Shown: positions 35,134 to 44,803 of the stretch, one piece after another
Layout of the letters: each line of letters starts with the position of its first letter
How positions within the stretch are numbered: position 1 is the stretch's first letter
Source of the DNA: Octopus bimaculoides
Lineage: Eukaryota
Assembly: GCF_001194135.2 (NCBI RefSeq)
Contig: NC_069008.1
Span: 11,821,963 to 11,866,765 of the forward strand
Direction of reading: 5' to 3'
DNA length: 44,803 bases
Program-made: the position numbers and the translations under genes
Notes under the pieces: model-generated
The model's input: the letters and a program-made list of their open reading frames with translations, nothing else
Database searches by the model: none
Told to the model about the DNA's origin: nothing

Positions 35134-35252
35134 NNNNNNNNNNNNNNNNNNNNNNNNNNNNNNNNNNNNNNNNNNNNNNNNNNNNNNNNNNNNNNNNNNN
35201 NNNNNNNNNNNNNNNNNNNNNNNNNNNNNNNNNATTTCATTATTCTCTTTAA

Positions 35253-35280
35253 CCCAGGCAACGCCGGGTATTTCTGCTAG
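35253..35280 (+). mobile_element. Helitron-type 3' terminus (hairpin plus CTAG), body mostly in the N gap
   Basis: cccaggc-aac-gccggg GC hairpin ~9 nt upstream of CTAG, followed by T. Confidence 0.55.
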
Positions 35281-35614
35281 TGTGTTTAAATATACATGTT
35301 TGTGTGAGTGTGTATATATGTGTATATATGTATATGTGTGTGTGTGTATATATGCCTGTTTGTGTGTGTATAACCGCCCACCCTTTTTCCTTCAAAATAG
35401 GGGTAGTTTATCCTGTTCAGGCTTTATTATTAGCAGTATTCTGCGATTGAGAATTTAAAATCACTTCTTTAACTTTCTAAGACATCTCAAAGCTTCTAAA
35501 AGCAACCTTCGTTTGTTTGTTTACGTTCATCGTAATTTGAATTTATATACATACAATATATATACATATATATATATATACACACGTATATATATATATA
35601 TATANNNNNNNNNN

Positions 35615-35647
<33 letters not shown>

Positions 35648-36049
35648 ATAATGTATGTCTGGTCCCAAACCAGTGACTTTCGTATCATTGATTCTCCATT
35701 GAAAAGCAGACGACCGAAAGCAACAACGGAAACATCAGCAGCAGCAGACGACAACCGCCACCACCACCACCTCCAGTCAACACCACCATCATCCCATCAT
35801 CATCCCCATCATCATTAGCACCTCCACCACTACCATCACATCATCATCATCATCATCACCAAAAGCAGCAGCGTTGTGTGTGCGTGTGTGCAGTCTGCAT
35901 CTGACAGTTTGTAACGTTTAATAAGTTTGTTGTTGTTGTTGTTACGGTCACATTTCAACTGCACACACGCACAAACATTGCCTTTCCTCCTCACAGGGTT
36001 GTTGTTGTTGTTGTTGCTGTTGGCGTTCATACAAAATAGAAGTACACTT

Positions 36050-36185
36050 GGCTCTCTCTCTCTCTATCTCTTTCACCCTCTCTTTAAAACACATGTCACT
36101 TATCTCTCGCTTTCTCTCTTTCTCTCTCTCTCTCTCTCTATNNNNNNNNNNTCACCCTCTCTTTAAAACACATGTCACTTATCTC

Positions 36186-36224
<39 letters not shown>

Positions 36225-36375
36225 TTCTCTCTTTATCTCTTTCACCCTTCCTTCCCCCTCTCTTTAAAACACATGTCACTTATCTCTCGCTTTCTCTCTC
36301 TCTCTTTATCTCTTTCACCCTTCCTTCCCCCTCTCTTTAAAACACATGTCACTAATCCCTCGCTTTCTCTCTCTA
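36050..36375. repeat. Minisatellite: four units of tcaccc...ctctctttaaaacacatgtcact separated by variable (TC)n
   Basis: Unit starts at about 36072, 36152, 36241 and 36313. Confidence 0.85.
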
Positions 36376-36911
36376 GGTGTATACTGGGAGACTGAAAGAA
36401 GCCCGTCGTATATATGTGAGTCGTCATAATTGATGTTTGCTTGGGGTTTCTTGCTTTTATAACTATCCAGAAGAATAGACATATCATTGAGAACAATAGA
36501 TTTAGTTGGTGGTCTTGTTATCTTAATTCTAGCTTTTGGTGGAGTAGAAGAGGTTAGAAAGGGTCAAGTGGTGAATATATTATTTCGGCCTAGCTAAAGG
36601 CATCTGGAAAATGTAAAACTGCTGTCAGAGAAAAACCTTTGTTCCACCGTGAGATAAGTTCTGTTGCAGTGTTATTTTAAATTTGGCTATGGTGTATCGA
36701 ATCCACTTCATGCTTGCAAGATCCACTACACTGTGTATGAATGAAACCCTATCAGCATCCATCGAGTCTGTTGGAGATACTATGTATGAGGGAAACTTTA
36801 TCACTGTTTATTTGGGCCATTGGAAATGCTATATATGAAGGAGACCCCATTACACTTTGTCTGGCCTATTGGAGACACCATATATCAAGGGGTTGCCACT
36901 AAGATTTTTCT

Positions 36912-37110
36912 CGTCTGTAAGGCGGCGAGCAAGCATAATCGTTAGCACGCTGGACAAGATACTTAGCGTCGTTTCGTTCGTCATTACGCCCTGAATTCAA
37001 ACGCCTTTCATCCTCTCGGGGTCGATAAAATAAGTACCAGTTGAACACTGGGGTCGATGTAATGAACTTATCCCATCTCCGAAATTGCTGTCCCTGTGCC
37101 AAAATTTGAA
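36912..37110 (+). mobile_element. Family-2 SINE
   Basis: taaggcggcgagc...aatcgttagcacg...ggggtcgataaaataagtaccag. Confidence 0.8.
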
Positions 37111-37564
37111 GCCAATATTTATCTGGTCCATCAGAGGTCATCTTATGTACAATTCTTATACGACTATCGACATCACATCCATCTCTTTTAAGGGGCCACA
37201 TATTTGAATCTCCCCTAGGACTTATGGACTCTTCCTAGTACTTTCATTCAAATTTAAATATACCCACGTATTTCAATATAACTTTATATCACATTCTTTT
37301 ATATTTTCAATTTTGTATTCTATAAATATATATTTATATCAATACCAGATCCATTCTGCTCTTCATCTTGTTACTGTTGATGTCGCTTTGTCGCAGGTCA
37401 ACCTTGGTGCAGCTGACCTATGATGAAAGCCATTCCAAATGTGACCACTAGATTTGTAGTCAAACAAGATGTATCAAGATTTCTTTGTTTAATATTTCAC
37501 CTGTCTTCAAAGCCTATTTATGTATATACACGTATATTTGCATATGTTTAATATTTCACCTGCC

Positions 37565-37780
37565 TTAAGACAGCGAGCTGGCAGAGTGGTTAGCACGCCG
37601 GGTGAAATGCTTACCGGTATTTCGCCTGTCATTCCGTTCTGAGTTCAAATTCCACGAGGTCGTCTTTGCCTTTCATTCTTTCAGGATCGATAAATTAAGT
37701 ACCAGTTGCGTACTGGGTAGATCTAATCGACTGGCCCTTCCCCCAAAATTTCAGGCCTTATGCCTAGAGTAAAAACGAAT
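37565..37780 (+). mobile_element. Family-2 SINE flanked by the aatatttcacct duplication
   Basis: Complete head-to-tail copy present only in the left Q arm. Confidence 0.85.
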
Positions 37781-37999
37781 ATTTCACCTATCTTTTTGTT
37801 CTTCAAAGTCTATTCATGATAATATACGTATATTTGCATATGTATGGCGGTGGTGGTCGTAGTGCTGGTGGTGTGTGAGTGTGTAAATAAATATGCATGT
37901 AAAACATTGAATCAGTTTATCGAAAATTTTCCTGATCGATAATTTTTATTATGCTTGATTTCACATCATCCTCCATTGTTATTTCAAAACAATGCCAAT

Positions 38000-38198
38000 A
38001 GGCGCATTAGTGGCTGTGTGGTAAGTATGGGTGCAGGAGTGGCTGTGTGGTAAGTAGTTTTCTTACCAACCACATGGTTCTGGGTTCAATCCCACTGCGT
38101 GGCACCTTGGTCAAGTGTCTTCTACTATAGCCTCGGGCCGACCAAAGCCTTGTGAGTGGATCTGGTAGACGGAAACTGAAAGAAGCCCGTCGTATATA

Positions 38199-38236
<38 letters not shown>

Positions 38237-38441
38237 TGTGTCTGTGTTTGTCCTCCCAACATCGCTTGACAACCTATGCTGGTGTGTTTACGTCCACGTA
38301 ACCTAGCAGTTCGACAAATGAGACCGATAGAAAAAGTACTAGGCTTACAAAGAATAAGTCGTGGGGTCGATTTGCTCGACTAAAGGCGGTGCTCCAGCAT
38401 GGCCGCAGTCAAACGACTGAAACAAGTAAAAAAGTAAAAGA
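38000..38441 (+). mobile_element. Full-length family-1 SINE with a duplicated 5' head
   Basis: Short extra head ggcgcattagtggctgtgtggtaagta precedes the full copy starting at ~38028. Confidence 0.9.
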
Positions 38442-38723
38442 GATAATCATTACATTTAACGGAGTAATCTCAACGCTAAATGTTTAAAGCAGTTTTCTCG
38501 CTGTTGATGGTCTGTATCCACTGTAAATATAATAAATACGATGTTTCTGTGTATGATTTTGGTTGATGTGTTTTAAAGAAAATCACGATTTCCCTTTAAA
38601 AGATGCAGATGATATTGTAGGTTAGCCGTGAAAGGCTGGATCTGGCTGTTATGAACATAAAACAGGCAGAACATTTCGGCTAGATAATGGTTAGTTTAAA
38701 TGATACAGGGTTAAGAATACTAT

Positions 38724-38815
<92 letters not shown>

Positions 38816-39714
38816 TGCATCTTGCATGCACGAAGTGGATTCGATCCACCATAGCCAAATTTAAATTAACAGTTCAGAACTTTTCTCACGTGGAACAATG
38901 GTTTTTTCAGTGACAGCAGTTTTACATTTGCCAGATTGTCTTAGCTAGCCCGAAATGATGTCTTCACCACTTGATCCTGCTAACCTCTTCCACTTCAGCA
39001 AAAGCTAGAATAGAGATATCACAGTACCACCAACGAATCTCATTGTTCTCAAAGATATGTCTATCCTTCTGGATATAGTTATAAAAGCAAGACCCCGCCA
39101 AGCAAAAACCAGTAGTCACTTGGTGACAACTGAGTGAGTCGGCTCGTGACAACTCAATCAGTTAGGGAACGGATTGCTAGAATCACAAGCAAGGCAGCTA
39201 CTAAAGACAATAATCAGACAGAGAAATGAAGTTTACTGTCAGCAACCGTGAGACAACGTCCCACAGCCCTACAACTTTCACTAGCTCTGTATCTGTTCTC
39301 TTACAACATCATTCTATCGCTATCGGTAGCTTACTGCTAAGAGAACGTGTACACAAAATAATACAAAGAAAAATTCTACCACATCTAACTTTCTTTCGGA
39401 TGCTCTGTCCGGTAGCTACTTCAAAGTTTTCTTTGAAAAGGAATGAGAGAGTTGAGAGAGAGGTGCTGCTCCCATCACCCCAATACATTTGTTAGAAGGT
39501 GTGTAAATGTGAAGAGGATGGTCTGAGTAATTTGGCTGTTGCCTATAGGAGAGGGTAGGATCGCCCACTAGTTGTGTCATTGGCTGGATGAAAGAGGATC
39601 TATGGGGGCTCCCGAGTTACCCTGTGTGACCGATCCTCCACCACCCTTTATCGGGGAATTTTCTTAAAATTTCCTTCATAAATGTTACTGTTTTAATTAT
39701 TCACATACGATTAA

Positions 39715-39915
39715 ATGCGGCGGAATGGCTGAATCGTTAGCACGCCGGGTAAAAGTCCGTTCCTCGTTATATTCTGAGTTCAAATTCCACCCAAACCGAC
39801 ATTTCTTTTCATCCTTCGGGGTCTATAAAATAAGTACCAGTTACGCATGGGTCGATGTAATCTATTGTCCCCCTTCCCCCAAATTTCAAGCCTTGCACCT
39901 AAAGTAGAAGGATTA
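39715..39915 (+). mobile_element. Family-2 SINE
   Basis: gctgaatcgttagcacgccggg...ctgagttcaaattcc...ataagtaccag. Confidence 0.8.
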
Positions 39916-41974
39916 TTTACCCGTGATTATGTAAACCCTCACTGGGATCTTTGGCCGGCACATTTAGAAAATAATTTTTTATAACACTTTCAAAACTCGT
40001 ATACTAGTAGAATGTGTCATTTAAAACATCATTTACTCTTGGCGTTTTTAAGAAAATTCTTCATTTTCGAAGTTATTTCGTGTTAAAGTTGTCGTATTAC
40101 GAATTATAAATCAGGAAAATTTTCAATAGACTGATTCAATGTTTTACATGTATGTTTATTTACACACACACACCACCACCACTACCACTACCCCCATCAC
40201 CACCACCGCCCATACATATGCAGATATACGTGTATATACATGAATAGGCTTTGAAGACAGGTGAAATATTAAACAAAGAAATCTTGATACATCTTGTTTG
40301 ATTACAAATCTAGTGGTCACATTTGGAATGGCTTTCATCATAGGTCAGCTGCACTAAGGTTGACCTGCGACAAAGCGACATCAACAGTAACAAGATGAAG
40401 AGCAGAATGGATCTGGTATTGATATAAATATATATTTATAGAATACAAAATTGAAAATATAAAAGAATGTGATATAAAGTTATATTGAAATACGTGGGTA
40501 TATTTAAATTTGAATGAAAGTACTAGGAAGAGTCCATACGTCCTAGGGGAGATTCAAATATGTGGCCCCTTAAAAGAGATGGATGTGATATTGATAGTCG
40601 TATAAGAATTGTGGGATCCGNNNNNNNNNNNNNNNNNNNNNNNNNNNNNNNNNNNNNNNNNNNNNNNNNNNNNNNNNNNNNNNNNNNNNNNNNNNNNNNN
40701 NNNNNNNNNNNNNNNNNNNNNNNNNNNNNNNNNNNNNNNNNNNNNNNNNNNNNNNNNNNNNNNNNNNNNNNNNNNNNNNNNNNNNNNNNNNNNNNNNNNN
40801 NNNNNNNNNNNNNNNNNNNNNNNNNNNNNNNNNNNNNNNNNNNNNNNNNNNNNNNNNNNNNNNCCGCATTTGACTTAACCCTCCCTCGATATTGTTGGCC
40901 CCTGTGCCAAAGTTTGAAACCAACGTTTATCTCGTCTATTAAAGATAATCTTAGGTACAATTTTTGAGTGTAGGACAAAACCCCCACTTGGACAAAACAC
41001 CCCCTCGGAACCCCCCTCCCACCCAAGTTCGAAAGTGGACAAAGACCCATCGGTTATATTTTTGACGGTGTACAATAAGCATCCAACCCAGTTTTTTTTT
41101 TTTTTTTTTTTTTACAGATTTCGACCTTTTCGGTAAGGGGGATTCCGAAGTCGGCATTTATTTTCTTCTGCAATTCAGCTTTAATCGTGAATACGATGAT
41201 GATAAATGAGGTTGAGTTTGTTGCTGTTGGTAGTAGTAATGGTGATTTTATTGCTAGTCACAGTCTTGGCGGTGGTGATGATGATGATGATGATGAATAT
41301 TTTTGACTTGAAGCGAATGTCTTCTCTTTTTTATGTATGAATTCGGAAAATATGTACATTTGGTAGTAAAGTCTCCTGTGTTGTTATTTTATTCTACTTA
41401 TTTATTTCTGATTGAAAATATTTTTGTATATTTAAAAAACAGAATTTTGGAAAATAGAAGTTTTTCGGGGTCCTTTCTGTTTGTTTTGCCAGCAGCTGCC
41501 GGCGTCAATTTTCTGTTCGAATTGATTTCATATTCAGTGTAATTATACACTTTTATAGACTAATTAATGACGTGAAAGTAATTTTCACTATAAATAAAGA
41601 GTTATTAATTATTAAAGTTTGAAAATTTTGGTAATTTTAGCCAATCATAAGGCACAAACACAATCATGTCTGTTCCGATAGCAACTAGCGGAAACATGAG
41701 AATTCTTTTGCCTGTTGCCATAGTAACATTCTTTGAAAAGTCTGCGAGGAAGCACGTGTTAACAGCATTCTTGTTTACTCATTTCTTTTTGTCATTGAGC
41801 ATTGAGGTGGTTGCAAAGTGTGCTGATAACTCTTTCAAATTAAGGTTTAATTGCCAACATCTCACTCGGAGATTTAAAACTGTTTTTGCTCTTTAAAATT
41901 AATATAAACATTTATCTACATGAAAGAAAATTACCGGAGACATAACACGTGTTTAAAAATATTCTTTTCTACTG

Positions 41975-42390
41975 TAGGCACAAGGCCCGAAATTTTGGGG
42001 GAGGGGGCCAGTCGATTAGATCAACCCCAGTATGCAACTGGTACTTAATTTATCGACCCCAAAAGGATGAAAGGCAAAGTCGACCGCGGAGGAATTTGAA
42101 CTCAGAACGTAAGGACAGACGAAATACCGCTAAGCATTTCACCCGACGTGCTAACGTTTCTTATTTCTTTATTGCCCACAAGGGGCTAAACATAGGGGAG
42201 ACAAACACGGACAGACAAAGGGATTAAATCGATTAGATCGACCTCAGTACACAACTGGTACTTAATTTATCGACCCCGAAAGGATGAAAGGCAAAGTCGA
42301 CCTCGGCGGCATTTGAACGTAGAACGTAGTGGCAGACGAAATACCGCTAAGCATTTCGCCCGGCGTGCTAATGTTTCTGCCAGCTCGACG
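41975..42390 (-). mobile_element. Two family-2 SINEs in tandem (41975-42150 and 42230-42390) with an intervening fragment
   Basis: Near-consensus reverse-complement copies. Confidence 0.85.
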
Positions 42391-42439
42391 CCTTGCTGTT
42401 TACAAATATTGATAATACGCGCTATTCTCAGGATGTTGA

Positions 42440-44803
42440 CGACAAAATGTGCAGTCTCGCACAAAATGACAGCTTCCAAGTGTAGTACGATGGAATCTGG
42501 ATACAGCAAGGTTTGAGCGAATGGATCCATTTGACAAAGCTTGAAGAATGCAGTGAGTGTGCTATCCCTTGACTCCTCAGCCAATAAAGAAGCATTAGCA
42601 TCGGTGAAGTACACTCTTTGACCGTTTTCCAGGTGCACTGCAAGCTGTTGAATGGCGGGGTGTCGTTGGTGAAGCGGGAAGCCAAAGTTGCGCCAGAAAG
42701 CCTCGTTGCTACTTATATACCGTTCCACCTGGTAGTGCGTCACCTCATCCTGATAGTATTCTTGTTGAAGTCCAAACATTGCAGCGTCAGAACCTTTGTT
42801 CACATACTTGCAAACGTACTTTATTATGGACTTAACGGAGTTGCAAAACTCAACGTTGATGTGGGCATTGAAGGTCTTTGATAGGAGTGAGCAATCTCGT
42901 GCTGTCTGATAGTTGCTGTGAAACCGCCGTCTTCCGGTTCTCTTCGTCTGTATGATGGATACCCATCAGCACCTATCTGAGTTTCTTGTAGGACCCTCCG
43001 TGGAAAACTTTTTGAACATACGCTGTCTTTCAAGCGCGGTGAGTTTATGTTGAATCCACGCCCACATGTACCATGTTTGCTTTTTAAAGCTGGATCAGGA
43101 AGCTCTGCAGAGATTATCTTGTCGATGTCAGTGGATTTGATCTTCGTTGAGAGCCAAAGCAGGATATGAGCATGTGAAAGGCCCCTTCTTTTGCCATTCG
43201 ATTGTGTACATTGTATGGGTCCAAAGACTTGCCCTTTTTTTTTATGAGCTCCTTGAGAGTGATTAACTTCAGATGGAAAACTCGGGCGAGGAGGTCATGC
43301 CTGTCTTTAGGCTTTTGACCGAAGAAGAGTTCGGCCTGAATCTCCCTCCACTTGGGATTGCATGTGAAAGTTATGAACAGGTCAGACCTGCCGTAATGGC
43401 GGACAGAGGTCATTGCATCCTGTGTTCTTTCATGCATATATCGGGGACTTCCAGTGTATGTGGAAGGCAAGATGCAAAGTCTTCATATGCCTGTTGGAGC
43501 AGCATCCTTGTTGATGGCATCTCGGAGATGGATGTAGCTGTCAGAGGGCAATTTTTGTTGATGTGATCTGATGAAACACAATCTCTCTGATTCCATTTTT
43601 GTGCATATATCAACTGCAAATTGATGAAACAGCTCTCGAGACTGGTGGAGGTGATTACAGGAGTTGTTTCGTGTCATAAATCGGATACTGGCTAGTTGAG
43701 ATGTTCATTACGATTTTGGGGATGTTGCTGTGGTAGACCGACGTGGTAGCCATCCTCACCGTTAACAAACAGAAGTGTATCGTATGATCTGTGTGTTTCT
43801 GTAATTCGTTGGAGGGTGGTGTCACGTCGCCTAAGGACAATGTCTCTGGGATTGTGCTATTCACGTGAAGAAGTACAGCTATTTCATTGCATGTGGGTGC
43901 ATTGTAACGGCCTGCATGTTCTGTAGATGGTCTTTTCTAAGCATCTATGATGACATTGAAATTAGAAGAAGCTTCTGTTTCCAAGGTATACTTGAAGCTG
44001 CGTACGTAGCTGTTTGTCTGGTGTAGAAGTTCTTGTATTTGCATTATCAATTGAAATTTAGTGCCATTGGAAATGGAGTTTCGTCGGGTGGCTTGTTCAT
44101 GTAAATTACCTACAAAGTACAGTTGAAGGAATTGAGTATCTTGATTTTCAGCAGGTTCGAGCGATCCCATCCTATGGTAAACCTGTCCCTGCACTTTGAA
44201 AGTTGGCATAAACCCACCTTCTTGAACAACATTAGCGCCGAAAGATGTCATTTGGAATGCACAATTGTACTTCCGGATGTTATTGAGGAAATGTTTCGAC
44301 TCTGTAGTTGTGCCAGCGTAGAGTGACTTTAACAGCTGTGGTGGATCCTGCAGTGGAGTGGGGTTAACTTTTCCATTAGCGCAACACAGCACAGGAGTTT
44401 CTCTTGACCACTTATTAGCATTGCAGAAAGAGCAAGTGGTGGACATATCTCCAATGTTCATATCTGGGTGGCAATCATAATGAAGATTAGGGTTGTAGTG
44501 GAAAGCCTTTAATAAGCATCGTGAGCTGCATGGCGTTGAAAATCCTCGCTTATGAGCTCTTTGTTGAATGGAAGTCTGCAGCATAATATATGTTTGTTGT
44601 AATGTGTGGGAAGCTCGCACAGTAGCCATGTTAGCAGTGTAGTGAAACTACCTATCGTCTCTAACACCTCGATCGCCATTACATACAAAACTACCTACCG
44701 CCATTAGATACAAAACTGCTATCGCCATTCTTCTCATTTAATTATAAACAAACGCGGACGTAGCGGAAAACATCAACCTTGTCATCACGTGACTGATCAT
44801 TAT
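42440..44803 (-). mobile_element. Helitron RepHel pseudogene: N-terminal Zn region and HUH Rep domain, truncated before the helicase
   Basis: CSFCNANKW...CCANGKV, IRKYNCAFQMTSFG, FKVQGQVYHRMGSL, PSTYTGSPRYM..DAM, DLFITFTCNPKW, EWQK/GLSHAHILLW (HUH, frameshifted), YVCKYVNKG (catalytic Tyr motif), RYISSNEAFWR, LAVHLENGQRVYF; multiple frameshifts; ~24-bp imperfect repeats at 44645-44730. Confidence 0.93.

Larger units (their letters stand above)
36420..39120. repeat. Old inverted repeat pair P (36420-36732 versus 38812-39120)
   Basis: Reverse complements align over ~300 bp at roughly 80% identity by eye. Confidence 0.8.
37149..40612. repeat. Inverted repeat pair Q (37149-37546 versus 40215-40612, ~98%; inner extension 37795-37945 versus 40103-40260, ~90%)
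   Basis: Hand comparison: 7 substitutions and no indels over 398 bp in the outer arms. Confidence 0.9.

Noticed and set aside
36050-36375. CRISPR-like repeat-spacer array
   Set aside because: The spacers are just variable (TC)n, the context is eukaryotic, and no cas genes are present.

Overview
AT-rich, repeat-dense eukaryotic genomic DNA, most likely from a coleoid cephalopod such as Octopus. That is inferred from the clustered [18 protein letters not shown]-type C2H2 genes and the tRNA-derived SINE families. There are three multi-finger C2H2 zinc-finger genes, each with its whole finger array in one exon: ZNF-A (4608..6377, -), ZNF-B (14044..15144, +) and ZNF-C (26328..28202, -). They share alignable non-coding leaders or upstream modules, and ZNF-C runs into a trail of decaying fingers. 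Around them are relics of many transposon classes: RTE and R4-like LINEs, three IS630-Tc1-mariner families, hAT, Gypsy pol, an LTR-like block, a Helitron Rep pseudogene, piggyBac-type MITEs and many SINEs, plus microsatellites and N gaps. The most striking observation is a ~340-bp insertion (32600..32937) inside a 12-bp target-site duplication. It joins a tRNA-derived pol III head to a Penelope-type tail that carries an apparently intact minimal hammerhead ribozyme, and a catalytically dead sister copy lies at 11757..11914. All alignments and counts were done by eye, no databases were searched, and boundaries of degraded elements are approximate.
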